From assembly GCA_054600435.1 (NCBI GenBank), contig BAAIJX010000001.1, forward strand, positions 868,001 through 932,000: 64,000 nt of DNA. The letters are read 5' to 3'. The translations under genes and the position numbers were made by a program. How positions within the stretch are numbered: position 1 is the first letter of the stretch; every line of letters begins with the position of its first letter. The notes below the pieces were generated by a model. The model searched no databases and had not been told where the DNA came from. It saw nothing but the letters and a program-made list of their open reading frames with translations. Below, one piece after another: positions 22,058-32,621 of the stretch. The stretch is from Neophaeotheca triangularis (taxonomy: Eukaryota).

Positions 22058-24242
22058 CTATCTCTTCCTCTTCTTGCTCTTATCCGCCCCAGCAGCGCTC
22101 GGCAGCGCGGGGGCCAGGAACAGCCCGCCCTGCGCACCTGCCGCACCTAAGCCCCCACCCAAGCCAGCTCCAGCCGGGATCTCAAAACCATTCTCGTCCT
22201 TGCGCACAGGTACGCCCATATGCCTCCCGTATCTCCCCTTGCGACCATTGCCCTCGTCCTCACTGATACACCCGTCGATGCCGATACCGGCGTCCTTGCA
22301 CCGCCCGCATGGCCGCTGTCGATCGCAGCCCTTCTTGCTCTTGCGGCAGCGCTGGCAGCGCGGCTTGCTGCTCAGATCGTCCTCGTCGCCGTCCGGGTCG
22401 CCGGCTAGACTGGAAGTGGTGGAGGCGGCGGTGTTGAGAGGGTTGTGGCTGAAAGGTAGCGCTGAAGCTGAAGCGATGGAGCCTTTGCGGGAGTCGCCTC
22501 CGCCGGGAAGGGAGGCGGGGGACATGGGTACGCTGTGGGCGTGGTTGTGTTGGTGATTAGCGTGGGAAATGGATTTGTGCTTTGGTTTCGCGCTCGAGGT
22601 GCTTCCTGTGCGAGGCTTGGTTGCCTTGAGGGATGTACTGAGGGTCGTGATGCGAGATTTCCTTGGCTTTGGCATTGCTCTGTGCGGGCTGTTAGTTTCG
22701 TTGGCGTTGTCGTGGTTCTCGAACGTGTTCTCATACTCGTCTGCGCTACCCTCGCTGTCCATTTCGTTCTTGCCGGTGCGGTGCTTCTTCATTGGGCGTG
22801 TCGACCCGTCGAAGCGAGGCACCGCAGGTACTTGAGGTAGCCTCTCGTCCTCGCTGTCCTCTTCGTCAGAGGAGGGCGCTTCTGCCTTCCCACTCAGGGC
22901 ATCGTCAGCTGTGGACGTTGAAGTGCGACCATGCGAGAAGTTGGAAGCGTCTCCGAGGCGCATTAGTTGGAGCGCAACGTCTTCGTCAGATATTACACTG
23001 CCAACCGTGGGATCAGGAGTTGGTAAGATGCCTCCTGTGGACTGACGTGGGGCAGAGTAGGTGACTCCTTGACGACCACGAAGCGTTCTACCTGGTTGCT
23101 GATAGGCCCCAGTATGGCCATTAGGCGTCATCCCTGATCCTAAGTAGGCGCCACTACCATAACTCTGAGGAGACGGCATAGGCTGAGTGTAAGAGAAGGT
23201 CTGCTGGTTGGAGTAAGTGTACGGCGACGCAGCATTGCCGGGACCAGTACGCCGTTGCGGCGAAATTGACGATTGAGATGCGCTCATGGGGACCTGAGGG
23301 GGCACAAAGAGCGGTAGTTCCTGATATGTTGTTAGTTGAATGTATTGTGCGCAAGCCCTGTTGCATACGACGTACCGAACTCTCGAATGCCCTCTTCCTC
23401 CGCCCACCCTCGACAATATTGTCGACGCTGATCTCGGCGTTGACCTGCTCCGTTCTAGATCGTCGCGAACTTGTGACAGAGCCACCCCCGTTATCACTGC
23501 TGCTGTATCCGTCTCCTGCCTCACCGTGGACGCCGTGCTCCCCACCCCGATCGGTGTGAGATCGTCCCTGACCAGGCGCGGCTGACAGGCTTCGACGGTC
23601 GAGTGCAGGACCATCGGGAGAGATGCTACGAGCACCAGCACTACCTGCAGACATCTTAATGCCCTCCGATGGAGAGTACATGGGAGGTGGACGCATTTCA
23701 AAAGGTGCGCCCAGAGAGGGCTTCTTCGGCGAGATTGATGCGCAATCACCGCCAACAGAGGCAGGAGGCGGCGGCGGCGGCTGCGCGACGGTTCTAACGT
23801 AGACGACCATGTCGTTGTCGAAGTTGTCGTGCGCTGCGATGATACTAATCCCGTCCTTGTTCTCGAAGCTGACGCCATAGTCGTACAGGCCGTAGAAGTT
23901 CTTCACGGTGGTGATGATCGAGTCGGTGGTATCGCGAGGAGAAATCATGACCCTCATGGGCAGTCGGGCTTGGATGCGAGGGTCCTCTTGGTCTATGAGT
24001 TGGAAGACGACATGTTTTTGATCTTTCTTGGTGGGGGAGCTGCGAGCGTAGCCTGTCCCCATGGAACCCCCAAAACTGCCCCTTGGAGGACGCTGCATGG
24101 TGCCCGAGTAGGAGCGAGAGCTATTGTAGTTGTCTTGTTCGGCTTCTGTCTGCCTGGGTAGGTGGTGATGGCTCTGTCTTCTAACATCAGATGTGGCTGT
24201 GGCGTCTTGAGCGGGATTGGAGAGCATGTTCGAAATGTCCAT
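22058..24242 (-). CDS. Zn(II)2Cys6 transcription factor with a C-terminal zinc cluster
   Basis: Exon1 24242-23376, intron 23375-23321 (GTACGT..CTAAC..CAG), exon2 23320-22058; the junction reads RKRAFESS|ELPLFVPPQ. Cluster CQRCRKSKKGCDRQRPCGRCKDAGIGIDGC; terminal NLS-like KSKKRKR. Confidence 0.92.
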
Positions 24243-24409
24243 CTAATCTCTTTCTGGGGCTTTAATGGCGCTCTATGCTCTTCTACGGTGGTGCGAGATT
24301 ATATCGGGGGCCGATTGGATGCGTTTGATGTTTGCTCGGGGTGACGTTACCGTCGGCGCAAAGGCATCGGTGTGTGACGGGGCAGCGGTGGATTTGGGAC
24401 GAGTGTGAT

Positions 24410-24615
24410 CTGTAAAGGCCGGACAGTCAGCGTTGGGTCTTTGCGAGGCTCTACGATGGCATTGAAGCGATCGGTGGAGTGTAGCGATGGGTGATGGTAA
24501 GTAATGTAGCAGGGCGAGAGCCCATCCCGGCGGCTGACTCCGCCTTCTTGACAAGGGCGGCGACGTGGTGATATTGGGGGTTGGTAGACAAGTTCAAGTG
24601 AAGTCTGTTGCTTAC
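24410..24615 (-). other. Probable 5'UTR intron of the Zn2Cys6 gene
   Basis: AAG|GTAAGC donor near 24615 and GCTGAC...TTTACAG branch/acceptor near 24410 on the minus strand. Confidence 0.55.
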
Positions 24616-27273
24616 CTTGGGTCGCCTCGACCAGGAGAAGACGTCCGATGATTTGGAAGAGCTCTTGACAAAGACTGATAGCAGACCTCGCTGCCGCCGG
24701 TGCCGCTTAGATGCGCAGCAAGGGCAGAACGGTGAGTGCGTGTTGCGGCAGTGCAGTATGGCAGAGAATGTGTGCGAAAGCAAGTTGGAACAGACGAGCG
24801 AGCAATGATCGATTCCCCTTAGCAGGCGGTAGGTGTAGGACGAAGTGTGGTGGTGGTGGTGGAGGAGGAGGAGGAGGAGGAAGGTTGGGAGGTGGAGTAG
24901 AGAAGCATGCAATGCAGAGCGCAGCAAGCGAATGGGTTGGCTTGAGCGGAAGACCTGGGCCGGCGTGGAGATTCCAGGGCTACACACACGCAGCAATCAC
25001 AAAGAGAAATACATTGCAGAATGCCACATTCGATAATAAAGTCATGAGATTAGCAGTTCTCGGTGCATTCGGTGTTGCTGGGCATGAAAAGGCCACAGTG
25101 CCTGTTGAGCCATGGGTACAGTACTATAGACATTGAGCCGTGACAGGCTCAAACCCATGAGACTACCTACCTACCTAGGTACATTACTATATAAGCGCCA
25201 GGGCAGTGAACATAGCGCTATCTCAGACATACGAATGAGACATGATTGATCACGCCGTGTCACTACCTGTTCTAGTTATGCTCGAGGAGTGGTAGTCGAG
25301 TACAGTGGATATGTGTGCAAAGCAAATCCACAGAGGCCCCAAGACAGATGGGCATCATAGGTACGGTAGATACTACATGGTGGGCAGGCTCCGGGTCAAC
25401 CTCTCACTCGTCCGACGGGCGCAAAACCGTGGCCATGCGTGTTTGGCGAGAGAGATGCGCAAGCGGATGGCTCTACAACTCTAGCTGCATGCCTGCCAGC
25501 CAGAACCCGAGCTTGGAGTTGATTGTGTGTGAGAGAACAGAAACGCAAGTTCATGGCGTTGCGCTCCCTCGGTGCCATGCGCGCCAATCACAGCACCGCT
25601 TCGAGCCATATTGCAGGCCGAAGCGTCGCGCCGTCTTCGTCTGTTGTAGTCGGGGCGAAAACCACCTGCCTACCTACCTACCTTACGAGGCTCCATCGTC
25701 ACGAGGCGGCATAGCGCTTTGGTATCCATAGGTGGACAAGACGTCTGCTGCCATGTTGATTGAGGCATGGAGGCGTTGTGTGGCGCTTTTGTTTTGGTAC
25801 GCTTGCCGAAGTACCTGTGCGACGCTGGCGGGCTACCTCTTGTCTTTGTACGCAATGGGAAGCCTCTTACGGAGACGCAAGGACAGCGACATGGAGTTTC
25901 CGTGGCACGACTGCAATGATGATGGGACTTCACTCCAACTGCAAATCGCTTGCTGCACATGTTACTAGTAGTGTAGTGTTGGAAATACGCCGAGGCGCCA
26001 TCAGTAGGTAGCCTGACGAAGGATTTCCACTCGTAGCGTAGAGAGATTTGGACCGTTGTTCGAGTAACAAGACAGTAGTGACCGGGCATGCACTTCGTCT
26101 TCTCTCGTCCGAGAGGAGACGCTGCTGCATGACGGACGGTAGGAGGAGGTATCGTGCGATCGCAGTAGGTACGCGGCCTTTTCTTCGGTTTCCAGCTGAT
26201 TCTGACAACGGTGAGGGGCTCGCCGCTGCTTTCCCGAGTCTCGCCGTTTCAAGCCTGCCTGGCTACAGTAGTAGGAAAGGCGAAATGCCTGCAGGACCCT
26301 GATGGATGGTCATGGCAATACAGAAAACTACTATGTACCTAAATACTAGCCGAAGTATGGATGTTGGACCGCTTCAACCAATGCCAGCCGTGTCGTGAGA
26401 TGAAGTATCCATGCTTTCCAGGTGATGAGAGTGAGAGACCGACCCTTGGACCAGCGTCAGTTGCAAAGGTCGGGCGGCTTGCTAGATTGAGTCACGTGCA
26501 GCGCGAACCTCTCGTGAAGTGTGGACGGACAATCAGACGGTGAAGGCGATGAGCTTGCGCCGGACCGTCAGTGTGTCGTAGAATGTCAAAACTCACACAG
26601 TAAATACAGTAAGAAACTGCGATTGCAATGAAGCGCGAATGGGATATTTGCGACATACGTTTCCTGTTTTATAGAAAAAGGTCACCCTGATGAGGGTGTC
26701 TGGAAGACGTGAAGCGCGCAAACTGACGATGACGCTGGCAACAATCTGGGGCGGGCGACTTCCAAACGTGGACCAAATTCCGGGTATCGCGTCGGCCCGA
26801 CGACTAGCGCAGGTTCGTCGTGAGGGAAGGAAGGAGCGTTGTTTGGGCTGCGGCGCCTGGCAAAAACAATCTGGAGCTTCCATGCTTGGGTTTCAAGAGC
26901 ATCCGACTCCTGCTTCTTCTCTCCACTGCTTGACAATAGTACCTTACCTACATAACCAGCGCATCACCTTAACGCAACAGCTTCAACTCAGCAGCGCTAC
27001 TCAGTACAGCCTCATTCACGGCTTCGCTCTGCCTCGCTGTCCACATCTCGCCAACACACGCGCCTCATCACCGGCGCCGGCGGGAGTGTTAAAAGGTTGC
27101 TGTCGTTGCTAGGTACGCACGCCTACGCCCACCACTTTGCAATACCTACCTACCTACCTACTCACACTAACACTCCACCACCGCAGCTCGACAAGACAGA
27201 CCATCACCACTGCGTCTACAGCAGTGAATACCACCGGCACCACTCATCTCGATCCTGCACACGCGCCGCAGCA

Positions 27274-29415
27274 ATGGACGCCAAGGTACGTTGCTTGTCG
27301 CCCTCTCCTACTCACTAACACTCTCTCTCTCTCTTCAAATCAGCCTCCTCTCACCTCACCTCACCTCAACCTCACCTCACCTCACCATCCCACCTACTTC
27401 CACACCACGCGCAAATTCTCTTCTCTTCCTTTTTCTTCTCACACCTCATCATCCCTCTCCTTCAAGTGTCTTTCTCATCCTCCTCCATCATCGCCATTAC
27501 CGCACGCGCTTCTATCCTCACCAAACCGTGCTTCGCTTTTCCCATATCACCTCACCTCTGCCGTCTTACTGACATCCCATGACAGCCCCAGCGACCACGC
27601 GCCTTGCGTGACGAGAACGCCATGCCTGCCTCTTTCGCACCCGCCGCTAATGGCAAGTCCATTCACAAGCGTAACCAATCTACGCCCGCCCTCTCCGCCC
27701 TACTCCAAGCTGGCGCTGTCAAGAACCAGACCCAGAACGCTACCAAGAAGGTTCTCGGTGACAAAACCGCAAACACCAAGCTAGCGCAAGCGGCCAAGGA
27801 TGACTCCAGCATCGACAAGAAGGCTACCGTGGATAAGATCAACGCGCAAGAGCTCGCAAAGTCTGCTACCACCTTTTCTCGCCCTGCAACCCGTCCACTC
27901 CAATCCAAGAGCCTCTCCAGCCAACAGGTGCCCACAAATGTGTCAGCCGTCGCGAACAGCGTCAAGCCGCAGGCGCAACAGGCTGCGCAGGAGGCTCCCA
28001 AAAAACTGGCCGTCAAGAAATCCAAGGTCTTCAAGGAAGCAGATGCATCCGAAGGGGCAAACAAAGCCACATCGTCCGTTCTACCAATCCATCCAGCGCT
28101 CAGATCCCAAGACGTGCCGTCTTCGCAGGGCCAGCAATCTTCCGACGCCACGACTACCGAAGCTTCGCACGTCGAGACGCACAAGACCGAGAATGTCCCT
28201 CTGCGCAAGGAGGCGCCAGCTCAAGCAGCAGTCCCAGCCCAGCAACAAGCCTCCCTCAACAACTACGAGTACCTGAAGTACAAGTGTGAGCAACAGGAAA
28301 GGCAGCTTGCCAGTCAGTCGCAGGTCCAGGCTCAGGCTCAGCAGGCAGTTCCCGCCCCTGCCCAGTATGAGGAAGAGGACGAGTACTACTACGATGGTGA
28401 TGGCTACACCACTGCTAGGTCTTTCAACCTTCGCGGTGATAGCACGGGGGCCATGACCACCGTTCTGGCTCCTAGGTACACAGCCGCCATCCACCAAGAA
28501 CTCGCGTTGGCCAAGGACCATGTCGAGCTCACCCGAGTGCCTGAGGACAAGGAAGATGAGGAGTGGGACATCTCCATGGTCGCCGAGTACAGTGAGGAGA
28601 TCTTCTCATACATGCGCGACCTCGAGGCCAAGATGTCGCCCAACCCCACCTACATGGACATGCAGACGGAGATCCAGTGGTCGATGCGCTCTGTTCTCAT
28701 GGACTGGGTTGTCCAGGTGCACCAGAGGTTCAACCTTCTGCCGGAGACTCTTTTCTTGACTGCCAACTACATCGATCGTTTCCTCTCCGCCAAGATAGTC
28801 TCTTTGGGAAAGCTCCAGCTTGTCGGCGCCACCGCCATCTTTGTGGCCGCCAAGTACGAGGAGGTCAACTGCCCCACCATCCAGGAGATCATCTACATGG
28901 TTGACAACGGGTACTCAGCCGACGAGCTCCTCAAGGCCGAACGCTTCATGCTCAGCATGCTTCGCTACGAGTTGGGATGGCCCGGTCCCATGTCGTTTCT
29001 CCGCCGCATCAGCAAGGCCGACGACTACGACCTCGAGACCAGGACTCTCGCCAAGTACTTCCTCGAGGTGACCATCATGGATGAGAGATTCGTGGGCTGC
29101 ACTCCAAGCTTCCTCGCTGCAGGCGCGCATTGCATGGCCCGGCTCATGCTGCGCAAGGGTGACTGGTCTCAATCCCACGCGTTCTACTCCAACTACACTT
29201 ACTCCCAGCTCCGTCAACTGCTCGCAACTCTTTACGAGTGCCTCGACACTCCTCAGCAGCACCACCTCGCAATCTTCGACAAGTACACCGACAAGAGGTA
29301 TAAGCGGGCCTCTACGTTCGTCGCGACGGAGATGGCAAGGGGCTTCGCGCTCCCGGACATGACTGCGTTGGATCGCCCTGTTTTGCCCCCTAGCTGGATG
29401 GTCAATGTGGCTTAG
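27274..29415 (+). CDS. CLB3: G2/mitotic B-type cyclin (Clb3/Clb4-like)
   Basis: Exon1 27274-27285 (MDAK), 300-nt intron 27286-27585 (GTACGT..CTGAC..CAG), exon2 27586-29415 (PQRPRALRDENAM...). Cyclin box MRSVLMDWVVQVH, YIDRFLS, KLQLVGATAIFVAAKYEE, FLRRISKADDYD. Confidence 0.92.
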
Positions 29416-31003
29416 GCACATCATCACGTTGGTCTCTCACACATCTTGGATGTTACAACTTTTCCCTTGAACCCAATGCTGACATGGTGTCTCTTGGCTT
29501 AGCCTGCTACCAAAATGGCAATTTCAACCAGTCCAACACTCGGTACTGTCGCCAATGGGATTGACTCCAGAAGCTCCGGTTTTGAACTAGGGCCTCCTAG
29601 ATTGGCGACTTGTACTCGACAGTCATCAGTATATCGGCGTTTGCATGGGTTGGTGTCGAGCGTGGCGCAATTGGTTCTTTTGTTTCTTCTCTAACAGGCT
29701 TGAGGAATAGAGTGACGACCTGCAACGAGAATATACCCCCGGGAAAGATGACGATACGGAAACCTCGAAAAACAACAAAAACAACATCCAATCGACTACG
29801 ACCTGCATTCCATGCACTCGGCTGCAGTCCCGGCCCGCCAACGGCTTCGACTACCATTCCGACACGGTCACTTTCTTTCGTATCTTCTTTCTTTTTTTTC
29901 TCTTCTTAATCATCAATATCGGATTCGGCGGCATTGCGGGAGTTGCCACGGGAGGCTGTATGGCGTCAATGAGCGAAGGTGTTAATACGGCGGATCGATG
30001 TACTTCGGCGACCACGGTCGCTGAGGCTTGCTACATGTATTTTCTGAAAATCTTCCATCATGGAAGATGGGAGGGGGGCGTGGAGAGGCCTGCCCGACCC
30101 TAATAAGCCCATGATACCCCTTTCAATCAGCATGCTTACCATGGCATATGCTATTGTTCATAGGGTTGGGTAGGGTCACTTGCTAGACAGACTGAGCAGC
30201 GGCTCTTTTCGTATCGAGAATGCTTACAATCGTCCTGTTGTGCTTGCAACTTTCTCCATTACTTGCTGTGAATCCGTCGTCTTGATGAGCCGGACCATTG
30301 ACATCTCGCCATGGCGAGTTGACGGAAATGCTGAACACCTCGAGTTTGAGCATAGATAGGTCTTTGGACTTTAATTAGATGCATCAAACCAGACCCGCCA
30401 ATGCATCCATCTCTCACTTGCAGTGAATTGAATCCCCGCATCATCCCGCCCCGCCCGCGCGCCGCTCGCGCTCGCTCTCTGAACTTTGGGCCGAAGCAGC
30501 CCATCCCGAAACTTGTACCTGCATCGACTTTCCCGAAAGACTAAGTACTACAGTAGGTAGCCAACGACCCCCTACAGATGGACAACACAAAACACCCTAC
30601 ATGGACCGGCACGGCTTTTGCAGCCAGATCTCGGGATCTTTAACCGCGTCGAGCAAGGTGCGAATCAATTCTCCGAAAAATGTCAGGACAAGCAACGGTA
30701 GTCTTGCCTGCAGCGGGCCCCGACCATGCGGATCCCCGCCCCGATGATGCTGTTTGAAGTGTTGTGTTGACCCTTGTCGTGCTGGTGATGGGCTGCCGAC
30801 CAAAGTAGTGAGTTCACGGCGTGCACTGGCGTGGGTCGAGGGCGAGGACTACATAATTGAGTTTCCGTCGAGATGTCGTCCAACACTCCTGTCCTTCTCT
30901 CCTCATACTACTCCTTTCCACATCCTCCTCGACAAGAACTTCTCGGCCCTCCTTCGACATAACTCAACACCAAACCAGAACTTTTCAGACCTTCAGATAC
31001 AGT

Positions 31004-31066
31004 GTGAGTACCTCTTCCACCGCCAGCTGGGCCGTAGCTCAAGCACAATTGCTGACTCTCGACCAG
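31004..31066 (+). other. Probable 5'UTR intron of the 4HNR gene
   Basis: GTGAGT donor at 31004, GCTGAC branch at 31051, CAG acceptor at 31066, 16 nt upstream of the ATG. Confidence 0.7.
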
Positions 31067-31082
31067 ACCACCCATTCTCACA

Positions 31083-31898
31083 ATGGCCCAACAACCCGTA
31101 ACCGTCCCTAGCGCCTCCCTCCACGGCAAAGTCGCCCTCGTCACCGGCGGCAGCAGAGGAATCGGCCGTGGCTGCGCCATTGAGCTCGGCAAGCGTGGTG
31201 CCAGCGTTATCGTCAACTACGCCAACAGCAAGAGCGGAGCAGACGAGGTATGCAAAGAGATCGAGAGCTCGGGCTCCGGGGCAAAAGCCGTCAGCATCCA
31301 GGCCGACGTCTCTAAAGTCGCCGAGATTGAGCGTCTCTTCCAAGACGCCAAGAAGGCCTTTGGCAAAATCGACATTGTCATGTCCAACTCGGGCACCGAG
31401 AGCTGGGACAAGACTGAGGAGATCACAGAGGAGAAGTTCGACCACGTCTTCAACCTGAACTCGCGCGCGCAATTCTTCGTCGGCCAGGCCGCCTGGAAGC
31501 ACCTCGAGGACAACGGCCGCCTGATCCTCATGTCCTCCATCGCTGCCGGTCTGCTCGGCGTCAAGGACCACGTTCTCTACAACGCATCCAAGATGGCCGT
31601 CATTGGCATGATCAAGGCATTCGCGACCGACTTTGGCAAGCGCGGCATCACCGTCAACGGCGTCGCACCTGGCGGCATCAAGAGCGACATGTTCACCCAA
31701 AACGCCTGGCACTACATCCCCGGCGGCACTCCCGAGTGGCCGGCGGCGAAGATTGAGCAGCTCATGGCCGACCACTGCCCGTTGGGTAGGTGTGCGCTGC
31801 CGGAGGATGTCGCGAGGGTTGTTGCTTTCCTCGCCAGCGGTGACGGTGGATGGGTCAACGGACAGGTCATTACCATCTCTGGTGGTTCTTCGCAGTAA
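31083..31898 (+). CDS. 4HNR: 1,3,6,8-tetrahydroxynaphthalene reductase (DHN-melanin SDR, 4HNR type)
   Basis: SDR motifs TGGSRGIG and catalytic YNASK. VMSNSG, FNLNSRAQFF, SSIAA and APGGIKSDMFTQNAWHYIPGG match the 4HNR subfamily as I recall it from Magnaporthe 4HNR. Confidence 0.88.
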   Translation: MAQQPVTVPSASLHGKVALVTGGSRGIGRGCAIELGKRGASVIVNYANSKSGADEVCKEIESSGSGAKAVSIQADVSKVAEIERLFQDAKKAFGKIDIVMSNSGTESWDKTEEITEEKFDHVFNLNSRAQFFVGQAAWKHLEDNGRLILMSSIAAGLLGVKDHVLYNASKMAVIGMIKAFATDFGKRGITVNGVAPGGIKSDMFTQNAWHYIPGGTPEWPAAKIEQLMADHCPLGRCALPEDVARVVAFLASGDGGWVNGQVITISGGSSQ

Positions 31899-32390
31899 GA
31901 GGGGACAGACGTTTAATGAATGGGATGTAGGAAACGTGTATGCAATGCAAAAAGCAATTACCTCTAGTCTACCTTGATTGTCTGAATTATGTCGCTGAAG
32001 CAAGAGGAGTAGTGTCTTGTTCTTCTACGTAGGAGGTAGAGCAGAGGTCGATCTCATGTTTTAAGAGATGAATCCCACGTAATTAATTTGATGAGCTGCG
32101 TTAGCTCTCCAAGCCTGGTGTCGATCATCTTTTTTTCCAACGATATCGATACACCACTTTAAGCTGTATATAGGATCAGATAAGGCTACATTCGTTCTTA
32201 CGATGGTTTTTTAGATAGCCGTATTGGGAAGAGAAGGAGGAAAGTGGCAGTGTACAGTGGATAGATGTGTAGGTAGTCGGGAGTACTGATAAGTACTGCC
32301 AACTCATCATCAGGGGCTGTGAATTGATGAATCGACAAGCTTCACAGACCAACGCTAAGGTACCTCCTACTTATACTACCTTACGCTACT

Positions 32391-32419
32391 ACTGTACTGT
32401 ACTGTACTGTACTGTACTG
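32391..32419 (+). repeat. (ACTGT)n pentanucleotide microsatellite
   Basis: actgtactgtactgtactgtactgtactg read directly. Confidence 0.85.
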
Positions 32420-32621
32420 CACTACTGTACTGCACAAGCTGCCTCGACAGGGCTGGGCTGGGAGCCGCGCGCCGCGTCTGCTTTTGCAGTCCCTCAGCCT
32501 TGTCTTCCAACGTTGTCTCTCTTGCTTCTCTACCCTTTCTTTCTAGCTTGTTGCCTTTTTGTCCAACAGAAATATCATCGACTTATTAGCATTATCATCC
32601 TGGTTTTGCTTTCCAGACACC

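Noticed and set aside
29416..29502. Branch/acceptor-like GCTGAC...TTAG after the cyclin stop (possible 3'UTR intron or alternative C-terminus)
   Set aside because: No good donor could be assigned.
30725..30760. Minus-strand peptide NSIIGAGI resembling the Avt2-type amino-acid transporter TM1 motif
   Set aside because: Only 8 residues; the flanks are not hydrophobic and no further transporter sequence follows, so it is probably chance.
30993..32003. 336-aa antisense ORF covering the whole 4HNR gene
   Set aside because: It mirrors a strongly C-ending-codon SDR gene. Such antisense ORFs arise from codon bias, and this one has no recognisable motif.
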